Of a stretch of DNA of 32,000 bases, positions 1 to 8,980 are shown in pieces. The stretch covers positions 450,001 to 482,000 of the forward strand of contig NC_007181.1 in assembly GCF_000012285.1 (NCBI RefSeq), read 5' to 3'. The notes under the pieces are model-generated. The model was given only the letters and a program-made list of their open reading frames with translations, was not told where the DNA came from and did no database searches. A program made the translations under genes and the position numbers. The stretch's first letter is position 1. Every line of letters starts with the position of its first letter. This stretch comes from Sulfolobus acidocaldarius DSM 639 (GTDB lineage Archaea; Thermoproteota; Thermoprotei_A; Sulfolobales; Sulfolobaceae).

Positions 1-867
1 TGCATCTCCTCTGTTTACCATATCTTTAACAAGCCTATCAACTTGCTTTCTTATATCTTGGTTTATCTCTCTCTCAGTGAAAAAGCTAAATAATGCGGTA
101 ATTGAAATTGATTGCGCAGCTAGATTAAGATCTAAATCATGAAGAGTTACTGTAATAGTTATATCCTTTTCCTTCTTAATAGAGCCTGTAGGAATATCAA
201 CTTGTCTAACAACTTCAATATCATAGCTCTTTGCACCTTCAAACCCCTTGGCTCTTCCTACCTTTGTAACTTCACCGGTTTCAGCATCTATCCATATTAC
301 ATCACCTTTCTTTACATTCAATTTCATGAACTGTTCAGCAATTGCATCACCAACATTTAAGGTTCGTTCATCGTCCTTAGTACTTAAAACGATCTGTGCT
401 TCTCTCGGAGAAACGTAATATGGATTGTACCTACTTCTGGCTACCTTAAGTTTGACGTCCTTAACTACACCTTCATAGACTGTTCTTTTCTGCTTTATCC
501 TAACTCCCATTGACTTTCTAATAACTTGCGTTAGTATCTCAGTTTTCTTGAGCTCTGTAGAATAAACCTCAGAGGCATTTATAGTGGTAAATGGGGTATC
601 CTCTCCTAGCTCTTTTGCAATGGCTACAGCCAATGCTGTCTTTCCTGTTCCTGGTGGACCTACGAAAAGTATTCCCTTACCTGCCATTTTACCTTGTCTA
701 ATTAACTGAACCACTATACCAGATGCCTCTCTGGCTTCAACTTGTCCTACTAGACCATCTGCAATGAACTTTGCTTTACCCTTCTCGTCTAAACCTAAAC
801 CAGTTATATGACTGTGTATACTTGCTTTTTCCCTTTCTATTTTCTTAATCTCTCTTATCTGGGCCAT
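1..867 (-). CDS. RuvB-like AAA+ ATPase (TIP49 / Pontin-Reptin family), N-terminal 289 codons; the C-terminus lies beyond the window edge
   Basis: Absent from the ORF track because it is edge-truncated. Manual minus-strand translation from the ATG at 867 gives [30 protein letters not shown]...[26 protein letters not shown]...VNRGDA. It has the TIP49 N-terminal HSHIxGLGL motif and a Walker A GPPGTGKT. The frame stays open to position 1 (867 nt = 289 codons). Confidence 0.85.
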   Translation of the reverse strand, partial: MAQIREIKKIEREKASIHSHITGLGLDEKGKAKFIADGLVGQVEAREASGIVVQLIRQGKMAGKGILFVGPPGTGKTALAVAIAKELGEDTPFTTINASEVYSTELKKTEILTQVIRKSMGVRIKQKRTVYEGVVKDVKLKVARSRYNPYYVSPREAQIVLSTKDDERTLNVGDAIAEQFMKLNVKKGDVIWIDAETGEVTKVGRAKGFEGAKSYDIEVVRQVDIPTGSIKKEKDITITVTLHDLDLNLAAQSISITALFSFFTEREINQDIRKQVDRLVKDMVNRGDA

Positions 868-872
868 TCCAT

Positions 873-886
873 AAATTATATAAAAG
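873..886 (+). promoter_or_regulatory. TATA-like box (AAATTATATAAAAG) upstream of the C/D sRNA and pfkB-dbh unit
   Basis: TTATATAAAA at 876..885 is centred about 26-30 nt upstream of the C box at 911, which is typical archaeal TATA-to-TSS spacing. This rests on position and composition only. Confidence 0.35.
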
Positions 887-910
887 AGTGGATTTTTGAA
901 ATTTACTTAA

Positions 911-959
911 GTGATGACGATCTTTGGGTCTGAATTGTGAGGATGTGGCGGCTAACTGA
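911..959 (+). ncRNA. C/D box sRNA (2'-O-methylation guide), canonical 49-nt core
   Basis: C box GTGATGA 911-917; 12-nt guide CGATCTTTGGGT 918-929; D' CTGA 930-933; 3-nt linker ATT; C' GTGAGGA 937-943 (one mismatch to RUGAUGA); 12-nt guide TGTGGCGGCTAA 944-955; D CTGA 956-959. This is the exact 7+12+4+3+7+12+4 archaeal layout. Confidence 0.7.
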
Positions 960-972
960 GAGGTAGGTAGGA

Positions 973-1836
973 ATGAAACCACTTCACTTGTCAGTAGGCA
1001 GGATAAACATTGATATTATAGCTAAGATTAACAAAATACCTGATATCGATGAGTTTGAAACAACAGATACACTAGAAATTTTACCAGGTGGAGCAGCAGT
1101 TAATTATGCTGTAGCTATAAACAAATTTGGTCACAGTATTAAGATTTTATCTAAGATAGGCAAAGATTCACTTGTGTCTTATGTACTAGAAAGGATAGCA
1201 GAAATGGGAGTAGGACTTGATTACGTAGAGGAAACAAACTTACCACAGAGCATGGCATTAATATTTTTGAGAGATAACGGAAGCATTTCAATGGTCAGGA
1301 AGCTAGGCTCTTCAATTCTCCTTGATAAAGAGGATATAAAGAAAGTCTTCGGGCTATTTGATGTTATACATTTTGCTTCAATTTCTCCGGATATTGTTGT
1401 TAGGGATCCTTACGCTAAACTTATAACTTATGATCCAGGTCCAAATAGTTCAAAAATTCCTGAAAATTTTGGGAATGCAGATATAATATATTTGAATGAG
1501 AGGGAAAGCACTAAGGTTAAGATAGAAAGTCTTAAAGCACGATTGATCGTAATAAAAATGGGATCGAAGGGAGCTAAAGTAATATCAGAAAATGAAGAGT
1601 GCTATTGCGAGCCATATAAAGTTCAAACTGTTTTAGATACAACAGGTGCTGGAGATGTTTTTGACGCCGCATTTAATTATGCGTATGTGCAGGGATACTC
1701 AATAGAGGATACTCTTAGATTCGCTGTAACTGCCTCTGCACTAAAAGTAATGAGAATAGGAGGGATAAATTCTCCCACTAGAGAGGAAGTTATGAATGCC
1801 TTAAATGCTTATACACCAAATACTAAATGTAAATGA
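973..1836 (+). CDS. PfkB-family carbohydrate/nucleoside kinase (ribokinase-like)
   Basis: 287 aa. The C-terminal PfkB signature DTTGAGDVFDAAF is present, along with an N-terminal GGAAVNYAVA sugar-binding region. A GAGGT Shine-Dalgarno-like motif sits at 960-964. Confidence 0.8.
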   Translation: MKPLHLSVGRINIDIIAKINKIPDIDEFETTDTLEILPGGAAVNYAVAINKFGHSIKILSKIGKDSLVSYVLERIAEMGVGLDYVEETNLPQSMALIFLRDNGSISMVRKLGSSILLDKEDIKKVFGLFDVIHFASISPDIVVRDPYAKLITYDPGPNSSKIPENFGNADIIYLNERESTKVKIESLKARLIVIKMGSKGAKVISENEECYCEPYKVQTVLDTTGAGDVFDAAFNYAYVQGYSIEDTLRFAVTASALKVMRIGGINSPTREEVMNALNAYTPNTKCK

Positions 1837-2897
1837 TAGTGATATTCGTTGATTTTGATTATTTCTTCGCACAAGTAGAGGAAGTATTAAACCCACAATA
1901 TAAGGGAAAACCACTGGTAGTTTGCGTATATTCCGGTAGAACCAAAACGAGTGGGGCTGTAGCCACCGCGAATTATGAGGCAAGAAAATTAGGAGTAAAG
2001 GCGGGAATGCCTATCATAAAAGCTATGCAGATTGCACCTAGCGCAATATATGTGCCTATGAGAAAACCGATTTATGAGGCATTCTCAAATAGGATAATGA
2101 ACTTGTTAAACAAACATGCTGATAAAATTGAAGTAGCCAGTATAGATGAGGCTTACTTAGACGTAACTAATAAAGTAGAAGGAAACTTTGAAAATGGAAT
2201 AGAATTAGCTAGGAAAATAAAGCAAGAGATACTTGAGAAAGAAAAAATAACAGTCACTGTCGGAGTCGCACCTAACAAAATTTTGGCAAAAATAATTGCT
2301 GACAAAAGCAAACCTAATGGTCTTGGTGTAATTAGACCGACAGAAGTACAAGATTTTTTGAATGAATTGGATATTGACGAAATTCCGGGAATAGGAAGTG
2401 TTTTGGCTAGGAGACTAAATGAATTAGGCATACAGAAATTGAGAGATATTCTAAGTAAAAATTACAATGAACTTGAGAAGATTACCGGAAAAGCAAAAGC
2501 CTTATATCTACTAAAGTTAGCTCAGAATAAATATAGTGAACCTGTAGAAAATAAAAGTAAAATTCCTCATGGAAGATATTTAACTTTACCCTATAACACA
2601 AGAGATGTGAAGGTTATATTACCCTACCTAAAGAAGGCTATTAATGAAGCATACAATAAGGTTAATGGTATTCCAATGAGAATAACTGTTATAGCTATTA
2701 TGGAAGATCTAGATATTCTAAGTAAGGGAAAAAAGTTTAAGCATGGAATATCTATAGATAATGCTTATAAAGTTGCTGAGGATTTACTTAGAGAGTTGCT
2801 GGTCAGAGATAAAAGAAGAAATGTACGAAGAATAGGAGTAAAATTAGATAACATAATAATCAATAAGACAAATTTATCTGATTTCTTCGACATTTAA
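1833..2897 (+). CDS. dbh: Y-family DNA polymerase IV (Dbh / DinB homolog)
   Basis: 354 aa starting MIVIFVDFDYFFAQVEEVLNP..., with SIDEAYLD catalytic motifs. From memory it appears to match S. acidocaldarius Dbh along its length. Its ATG overlaps the pfkB stop (ATGA at 1833-1836). Confidence 0.95.
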   Translation: MIVIFVDFDYFFAQVEEVLNPQYKGKPLVVCVYSGRTKTSGAVATANYEARKLGVKAGMPIIKAMQIAPSAIYVPMRKPIYEAFSNRIMNLLNKHADKIEVASIDEAYLDVTNKVEGNFENGIELARKIKQEILEKEKITVTVGVAPNKILAKIIADKSKPNGLGVIRPTEVQDFLNELDIDEIPGIGSVLARRLNELGIQKLRDILSKNYNELEKITGKAKALYLLKLAQNKYSEPVENKSKIPHGRYLTLPYNTRDVKVILPYLKKAINEAYNKVNGIPMRITVIAIMEDLDILSKGKKFKHGISIDNAYKVAEDLLRELLVRDKRRNVRRIGVKLDNIIINKTNLSDFFDI

Positions 2898-3314
2898 TTG
2901 CAACGAGTTAAGGATTTTGCTTAAATCAGGATTTCCGTACGCGTAAACGTAATTTATAAAACCTCTTACTCCCCTTTGAGAAGTATCAACGTCCTTTAAT
3001 ATCTCTATATCGAAGTAAAATGGTATCCTATCTGTAACTGACCTATTATCTATATGTATTATCTTTGATAGTTTATCCATGTCTTCTTTAATAGCACTCA
3101 CTTCAACCACTGCCTTCTTTCCTTTAATAGCAGTTATATCATTCATTATCTCATTATATTTATCCAACACCAATACAAGTCTAGCCATTCGTCCTCCTGG
3201 AACATCCTCATAAAAATTTAGTGATAGTAGATATTCCCTATTCCTAGTTATAGGCAATATTATTAATTCCTCTACTCCTAGTATGTTCACGACAGGTTTT
3301 ATTTTCACATTCAT
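2874..3314 (-). CDS. Hypothetical soluble protein (146 aa), no family recognised
   Basis: Intact ORF with a GGGGTGA Shine-Dalgarno-like motif about 7 nt upstream of the ATG. No TM segments or motifs that I can name. Its 3' end overlaps the dbh 3' end by 24 nt. Confidence 0.55.
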   Translation of the reverse strand: MNVKIKPVVNILGVEELIILPITRNREYLLSLNFYEDVPGGRMARLVLVLDKYNEIMNDITAIKGKKAVVEVSAIKEDMDKLSKIIHIDNRSVTDRIPFYFDIEILKDVDTSQRGVRGFINYVYAYGNPDLSKILNSLQLNVEEIR

Positions 3315-3328
3315 TATTATTCACCCCA

Positions 3329-4336
3329 ATGATAGAGATAGATGGTTCCTTTGGAGAGGGTGGTGGACAGATACTTAGAACCTCATTAACTTTATCATCC
3401 CTTACTAAAAAACCCTTCAGAATATATAATATTAGAGCTAACAGACCTAAACCCGGCTTACAAAGACAACATCTAACTGCAGTAAATGCTGTAAAAATAT
3501 TAACAAATGCCACGGTAAAAGGAGATTACGTAGGCTCAACAGAGCTAATATTTAGTCCTGGTGATATACAAGAAAAGGGAGACTTCGTCTTTGATATAGG
3601 CACTGCGGGAAGTACGACATTAATACTTCAAACAATCCTACCACTCCTTTTGAACAGAAAACTTACTGTAACAATCAAAGGTGGTACAGATGTACCAAAA
3701 TCACCCTCAATTGATTACATAAGGTTAGTGTTCAGCAAAGTTTTAGAGAGAATTGGTATAAGTTTTAATGTAGAATTAATAAAGAGAGGACATTATCCAG
3801 AGGGAGGAGGAGAAATCAGAATAAGTAACGTAAGGGGAGAGCCACAACGCTTTTCTATAACTGAATTTGGACAGTTGGAAGGATTTGTAGGCATATCTCA
3901 TGTTTCATCTTTACCTGTGCATATAGCAGACAGACAAAAATCATCTGCAGAGAAAATCCTTAGAAGACTTAAGGATAAAATAGATATTCGGTTAGATGTT
4001 AGAGAAGGTGAAATAAGTAAAGGGAGTGGTATATGTCTATCTGCAATAGGTAAGTACGGGATAATTGGAGCTGATGCGTTAGGTGAGAGGGGTAAAAGAG
4101 CAGAAACTGTAGGAGAAGAAGCTGCTCTAAAACTTTTAGAGGAGCTTAAGACCAATGCAGCCTTCGATAGCCATATGGGTGATATGTTAATGCTGTATGC
4201 CAGTCTATATCAAGGCGAATATACGGCGTCAAAATTAACCTTACATTCAATAACGAATGAGAAAGTCATAAGAAAATTCATTGATATTAAAGGCGAAATA
4301 AAGGGAAGCAGTCCCTTCCTTTTTAGGGTACAATAA
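3329..4336 (+). CDS. rtcA: RNA 3'-terminal phosphate cyclase
   Basis: 335 aa with the N-terminal [20 protein letters not shown] motif typical of RtcA and a matching length. TTTTATTTT lies about 28 nt upstream of the ATG, consistent with a leaderless-type promoter. Confidence 0.9.
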   Translation: MIEIDGSFGEGGGQILRTSLTLSSLTKKPFRIYNIRANRPKPGLQRQHLTAVNAVKILTNATVKGDYVGSTELIFSPGDIQEKGDFVFDIGTAGSTTLILQTILPLLLNRKLTVTIKGGTDVPKSPSIDYIRLVFSKVLERIGISFNVELIKRGHYPEGGGEIRISNVRGEPQRFSITEFGQLEGFVGISHVSSLPVHIADRQKSSAEKILRRLKDKIDIRLDVREGEISKGSGICLSAIGKYGIIGADALGERGKRAETVGEEAALKLLEELKTNAAFDSHMGDMLMLYASLYQGEYTASKLTLHSITNEKVIRKFIDIKGEIKGSSPFLFRVQ

Positions 4337-5327
4337 CTGCCCTTCCTACTACCTTACCTTCAGTTACATCAGTAATAGCCTCATTTATATCCTCTAGCTT
4401 ATACACCGTGGTAAGTGTATCAATCTTACCCTTTAAATAAATATCTAAAATATGTTTTAGATCTTGAAGGCTACCATAAAGTATCCCTCGTATTCTTAAA
4501 CCTCTAAGAACTAGTAATTGTTCTTCCGCTCTAAGGACTCCACCAAATTCCCCAATTATTCTTAATTCGCCTTTTTTATTCAAGAGCCAGGGTGATTCGG
4601 CTAAGGTTCTCGTTGAGCCTACATAATCTAAAATATAATCGAATTTCTTCCCTGGGAGCAGAGAAAGATAACTATCTTCTTCTCGCTTAATTGATATAAC
4701 TTCATCTGCACCTAATTTTTCTGCACTATCAAGTTTTAGTTGATTCTCACCAATTACTGTAACATCCACATTTTTTAGCTTCAAAAGCTGTAAAGCTATC
4801 AGTGCTACGGCACCAGTTCCTATTATCAGGACTTTAGAATTCTCTTCTAAATCCTTAACACTATTATAAGCAGTCAACCCAGCATCGGCAAGAGGTGCTA
4901 ACTTTATTGGATCTGAGGTATTAACCCTAACCAGATTGTCGCCATCAGGAATTTTGACATATTCAGCAAATCCTCCGTTAAGGTTTACTCCTATAACTTT
5001 CACTTTTTCACAAAATTGATACTCTTTAAATTTACAGTATTTACAATTTTTACAACCAAAGGCGTTATATACTAAAACTAGATCATTTTTCTTAATTTTA
5101 TCATGGTTGCTTTGAAGTACTCTTCCAACAACTTCATGACCAAGTATTATGGGAAGATTTACCTGAATCTGAGAATCCCATTCTCCCATAGCTATATGTA
5201 TATCTCCATGGCATAATCCAGTTGCCGTCACTTGTAATAAAACTTCAGAGCTCTCATTTATTGAAGGAGAGTCAACCTCTGATATTCTCAGTGGTTTTTT
5301 ATATTCTTCAAGAACTGCTGCCCTCAT
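4323..5327 (-). CDS. Zn-dependent alcohol dehydrogenase (medium-chain dehydrogenase/reductase family)
   Basis: 334 aa. Catalytic Zn ligands are present in GLCHGD and GHEVVGRV. A structural Zn Cys4 motif is present ([15 protein letters not shown]), as is a GTGAVA Rossmann motif. Confidence 0.85.
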   Translation of the reverse strand: MRAAVLEEYKKPLRISEVDSPSINESSEVLLQVTATGLCHGDIHIAMGEWDSQIQVNLPIILGHEVVGRVLQSNHDKIKKNDLVLVYNAFGCKNCKYCKFKEYQFCEKVKVIGVNLNGGFAEYVKIPDGDNLVRVNTSDPIKLAPLADAGLTAYNSVKDLEENSKVLIIGTGAVALIALQLLKLKNVDVTVIGENQLKLDSAEKLGADEVISIKREEDSYLSLLPGKKFDYILDYVGSTRTLAESPWLLNKKGELRIIGEFGGVLRAEEQLLVLRGLRIRGILYGSLQDLKHILDIYLKGKIDTLTTVYKLEDINEAITDVTEGKVVGRAVIVP

Positions 5328-5332
5328 TTATT

Positions 5333-6616
5333 TTACCAACCAGACTTAAGATACGCATTAATTTCCCAATCAGTAATTTCGCCCTCATAATCCTCTATTT
5401 CTTTGTTCTTTAATTCAACAAACGTATTTATGATCTCCTGACCTAAATTATATTTTAATTTTGTATCTTTATCTAAACTCTTTACCGCTTCCCTCAAACT
5501 CGTAGGAAGTATACCAAGGCTTTGATTTACTTCCACATCTAAGTTTCTCTCTATCCCATCTATACCTGAAAATATTAGGGATGATAGTAGTAGATAAGGA
5601 TTCGCTAAAGGATCTGCTAGCCTAAACTCTATGATACCATAATCCTTGTATGTCACTGGTATCCTTAGAACAAAGTGTCTTTCTGTGCCTACTCCCATAA
5701 TTGTAGGAGTAACTACCTCTTTAAACCTCTTATAGGAATTGATTGTAGGTGAAGCTATAGCAATTATGGACGGTAAGTGTTCTATTATACCTGCAATAAA
5801 ATTATATAATATCTTACTTAACCCTAGACCTTTACTATCATTTGCGTCAACTCCCACCGGATTGTTATCCTTGTCTAGTATTTTAAGGAAAATATCCATG
5901 CTACTGCTAGGATAGTTCCTAAATGGTTTTGGCATAAATGTCGAATAAGCATTATACAATCTAGCTGTGTCTCTTATAGTTTCCCTTGCGAATATTAAAG
6001 AGTCTGCAGCTTCCAATACATCGCTCAATGAAAATGTGATTTCGTATTGACCAGGACCATAGTGTTTATTTACTGATTGTACTTTTATGTTACTACTTCC
6101 GAGATTTTTTATGAGATCTTTTAATAGGTTTTGTTCCTCCATTAAGCCTTCTAAGGAAAATGCTCTAGCTTCGTCTGCGGGAACCGCTCTACTATCCTTA
6201 AACTTTATCAGATAGAATGTTGGCTCGAATGCAACTTGTAACTTTAAACCTACTTCTTCCAACTTCTGTATTCCTTTAATTAATAAGGATCTTGAGCATA
6301 AGGGATGAGGGGACCCATCGATTTGTGTTAAATAGCTTAATACTCTACCTGTTCTTTCTAGATAAGGGATTACACTAAATGTGGCTAAATCTGCCTGTGC
6401 AAACATATCCGCATATGTTGATCTTATAGGTTCATCTCTGTAGTCAAGTAGAATCAATGATTCAGAGTATTCGACTCCCCTCTCATTTAGAACTTTTTCA
6501 AATTCTGCTCTTCTCAGGGAGCGACCCCTTACATTTCCAAGTATATCTACAAACACCACTCTAACATAATCTATTCTTCCAGATTTAAGTAGCTCCAATA
6601 TTTCATCCTTAAGCAA
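5333..6616 (-). CDS. Glutamine synthetase-family (GS-like) protein with diverged active-site motifs
   Basis: 427 aa. GS-like blocks FMPKP, NSYKRF and [13 protein letters not shown] are present, but the ATP/metal signatures are altered (see findings). The start is TTG according to the track. It lies 5 nt upstream of the ADH gene. Confidence 0.7.
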   Translation of the reverse strand: MLKDEILELLKSGRIDYVRVVFVDILGNVRGRSLRRAEFEKVLNERGVEYSESLILLDYRDEPIRSTYADMFAQADLATFSVIPYLERTGRVLSYLTQIDGSPHPLCSRSLLIKGIQKLEEVGLKLQVAFEPTFYLIKFKDSRAVPADEARAFSLEGLMEEQNLLKDLIKNLGSSNIKVQSVNKHYGPGQYEITFSLSDVLEAADSLIFARETIRDTARLYNAYSTFMPKPFRNYPSSSMDIFLKILDKDNNPVGVDANDSKGLGLSKILYNFIAGIIEHLPSIIAIASPTINSYKRFKEVVTPTIMGVGTERHFVLRIPVTYKDYGIIEFRLADPLANPYLLLSSLIFSGIDGIERNLDVEVNQSLGILPTSLREAVKSLDKDTKLKYNLGQEIINTFVELKNKEIEDYEGEITDWEINAYLKSGW

Positions 6617-6671
6617 TCTGATCGGATTTAAATAAGACTATACATATAAAAATGTTTAAGATAAGCACAAT

Positions 6672-7448
6672 TTACTTTCTAATATCTAGGACAACATGAT
6701 AGGTCTTTGGATTAACGCTTCTTACGACCCTTGCGAATTCGACATTAGGGTACTTTCGTTTAGCTATTTCCACAGGATCTTCGTTTTCATTAACTGACAC
6801 CTCGTCATATAAATGCAGAACACCATCCTTCCTAAGCCTTTCGATAGCTACTTTGTAAGCTTCATAAGACCTTTCAGGCAATGGAGATATTATTCTATCT
6901 GCAACTGGCAACGAATAAATTTTCTTAAAAGCATCTCCGTAAATTGGTATTACATTAAATGTTTTGTTCAAGTCCACATTAACCATCATATAATAGTAAG
7001 CATAAGGATTAATATCTATAGAATAGACTACGCTGGGTTTTCCTAAAATACTCGAGATAATTGAAAAAGGACCGAATCCTGAAAACATGTTTATAATTGT
7101 TTCACCCGGCTTTACCAACCTTGCCACTCGCAAATGCTCGTAGGATAATTTAGAGGAGAAAAATACCTTCGTTACATCGAGAGCGAATTTACAACCGTTC
7201 TCCCTATATATCGTTTCACTTCGTCTTTCACCTGCTAAATGAATGGTCGTTGATAATCTATAATCTCCATTTATATCTCTATATCTACCCCAGACACTTT
7301 TCACATAATTGATATTCTGCATAATTTGCTCTGCGTATTTCTTAACTTCCTCAAGATTTTCATTAAATGGAATTCCAATTAATGCTATATCTCCTAAGAT
7401 CTCAACTTTTTTCCAAACTCCTAAGTCTCTCGCCAACTTTTTTATCAA
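6672..7448 (-). CDS. Trm5/TYW2 (Met-10+ like) family SAM-dependent tRNA-modifying transferase
   Basis: 258 aa with [11 protein letters not shown] (SAM-binding) and [20 protein letters not shown] motifs. The short form lacks the N-terminal D1 domain, as in Taw2-type enzymes. The start is TTG (7448 or 7436, uncertain). Confidence 0.7.
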   Translation of the reverse strand: MIKKLARDLGVWKKVEILGDIALIGIPFNENLEEVKKYAEQIMQNINYVKSVWGRYRDINGDYRLSTTIHLAGERRSETIYRENGCKFALDVTKVFFSSKLSYEHLRVARLVKPGETIINMFSGFGPFSIISSILGKPSVVYSIDINPYAYYYMMVNVDLNKTFNVIPIYGDAFKKIYSLPVADRIISPLPERSYEAYKVAIERLRKDGVLHLYDEVSVNENEDPVEIAKRKYPNVEFARVVRSVNPKTYHVVLDIRK

Positions 7449-8550
7449 TTTCTTCGACCCTCTTTATGGCTTCTTCTACATCCTTTAAACCTACATTTAA
7501 TGGCACACCACCATCTAAAACTGCCTCACCATTCACGAAAACTGTCTCAATATTATAGCCACCGTAAACTAGATTATCGTATGGAGATGCATAATCTAAT
7601 GGGAATGAGGGTGGCTCCCTGAATTCAAGCACAATTATATCTGCTGACGAATCTTTCAGAAATACTCCTGCGTTTATATTCAATTGCTTATAACCCCATT
7701 CAGTTACAGCCTTAAACGCCTCTTCAGAAGTAAGTAATAATCTGTTAACTGCAACGGACATTTCATGTCTTAAATCGAAATTTGGAACTAAGTCTAAAGC
7801 CATAGAAGGTTTAAGTTCACTGAGTGGAAATATAGATGTTTCAAATGATGGAGTGAAACTTAATTTCAGATTATTGTTTTTAACTGTGTCAAAATCTCCT
7901 CTCCCACCTCCTCCTAGTGCTATAACCGTGTTTGGGATATCCTTGAATTGACTTAAATCTACGTGTCTGTCAACGAGTACAGGTATCTTATATTCTCTAG
8001 CTATTTCAAAGACTTCAATTGAATCCTGAGGTTCACATAAACGTAATATAACGTTATTTGAACCTTCATGACTCCATCTATTGTATAATATTCTAAACTC
8101 TTTTTCCCAATTTTCAGGCGAGTTATTACAGCCAACAGGAACTGCGATTATAGGCTTTAGCCCTACATTTATCACAGCCCTTGCAACATTATCATTATAT
8201 CTATCACTAAATACAACTGTTGTAACCCCTGTTCTCATTAAATGATATGCACCAAGTAATGCAAAATAGTATACATCAGACTGAGACATCGTAGACATTA
8301 AACTGTTAGCATTTATCCTACCAGAGAATATCCTGTATCTAAATGGGTATAGAGAAATGTAAGTATGCAAAGTAATGAAACCCGGTGCAACTAACCTATC
8401 CCATCCTCCCACATTCAACTCCGCGTCCTCATAACCAATGGGCTCCTCTTGACTTACGACATCTATCTTTGATCTATCCACACCTATGTAAATCTTCTTC
8501 AAAGGTTTTTCAGCACCTAGTACTATTCCTCCCCTTATTATGGTCTTCAT
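7402..8550 (-). CDS. Amidohydrolase-superfamily protein (nucleoside/MTA-deaminase-like fold) with a degenerate metal motif
   Basis: 382 aa. The N-terminal beta-sandwich lead-in (IIRGGIVLG...[11 protein letters not shown]...[12 protein letters not shown]) resembles the amidohydrolase PGFINTHTH block, but only one His is retained. Confidence 0.55.
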   Translation of the reverse strand: MKTIIRGGIVLGAEKPLKKIYIGVDRSKIDVVSQEEPIGYEDAELNVGGWDRLVAPGFITLHTYISLYPFRYRIFSGRINANSLMSTMSQSDVYYFALLGAYHLMRTGVTTVVFSDRYNDNVARAVINVGLKPIIAVPVGCNNSPENWEKEFRILYNRWSHEGSNNVILRLCEPQDSIEVFEIAREYKIPVLVDRHVDLSQFKDIPNTVIALGGGGRGDFDTVKNNNLKLSFTPSFETSIFPLSELKPSMALDLVPNFDLRHEMSVAVNRLLLTSEEAFKAVTEWGYKQLNINAGVFLKDSSADIIVLEFREPPSFPLDYASPYDNLVYGGYNIETVFVNGEAVLDGGVPLNVGLKDVEEAIKRVEEIDKKVGERLRSLEKS

Positions 8551-8629
8551 ATTTTAAAACTTCATAAAGGAGATATTAAAAAGTGATTAGAAACAGTAAA
8601 TACCCTTATCTCATCTAGAGAAGTATGAA

Positions 8630-8720
8630 TGCGGCCGCCGGGATTCGAACCCGGGATTGCTGGCTTTCCACTCTAAAGAATGGGAGGCCAGCGTCCTAAT
8701 CCAGACTAGACGACGGCCGC
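8630..8720 (-). tRNA. tRNA-Gly (anticodon CCC) with a ~15-nt intron after position 37 (about 8666..8680)
   Basis: The reverse complement folds as a cloverleaf: acceptor GCGGCCG/CGGCCGC, D arm GTCT-AGTCTGGATTA-GGAC, anticodon stem CTGGC/GCCAG, T arm CCGGG-TTCGAAT-CCCGG, discriminator A. There are 22 nt between the anticodon stem halves, i.e. a 7-nt loop (CTCCCA..A) plus a 15-nt intron. CCA is not encoded. Confidence 0.9.
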
Positions 8721-8756
8721 AATATTAATATCTTTTTCAAGCCTATTTAACCTTTA

Positions 8757-8805
8757 ATGATGAAAAGAGGGTCGCATGATAGATGATGACCGCTGGAAAT
8801 ACTGA
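8757..8805 (+). ncRNA. C/D box sRNA (2'-O-methylation guide), canonical 49-nt core
   Basis: C box ATGATGA 8757-8763; 12-nt guide AAAGAGGGTCGC 8764-8775; D' ATGA 8776-8779 (degenerate); linker TAG; C' ATGATGA 8783-8789; 12-nt guide CCGCTGGAAATA 8790-8801; D CTGA 8802-8805. An AT-rich ATATTAATAT lies about 27 nt upstream. Confidence 0.65.
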
Positions 8806-8835
8806 AATAAGTATGTAATAAAGTATAAGCCGTGA

Positions 8836-8927
8836 TGCCGCCGCGGGGACTTGAACCCCGGACAACCCGGTCACTGCGAGTATTAAAAACTTCAGCCGGG
8901 CGCTCTCCCGGGCTGAGCTACGGCGGC
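8836..8927 (-). tRNA. tRNA-Phe (anticodon GAA) with an ~18-nt intron after position 37 (about 8872..8889)
   Basis: Reverse complement: acceptor GCCGCCG/CGGCGGC, D arm GCTC-AGCCCGGGA-GAGC, anticodon stem CCCGG/CCGGG, loop CTGAAG..A, T arm CGGGG-TTCAAGT-CCCCG, discriminator A. There are 25 nt between the anticodon stem halves, i.e. a 7-nt loop plus an 18-nt intron. Confidence 0.9.
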
Positions 8928-8980
8928 ATTATTATTATTTACATATGACTTTATAGGTTTATTGGTTATTATTTTATCTT

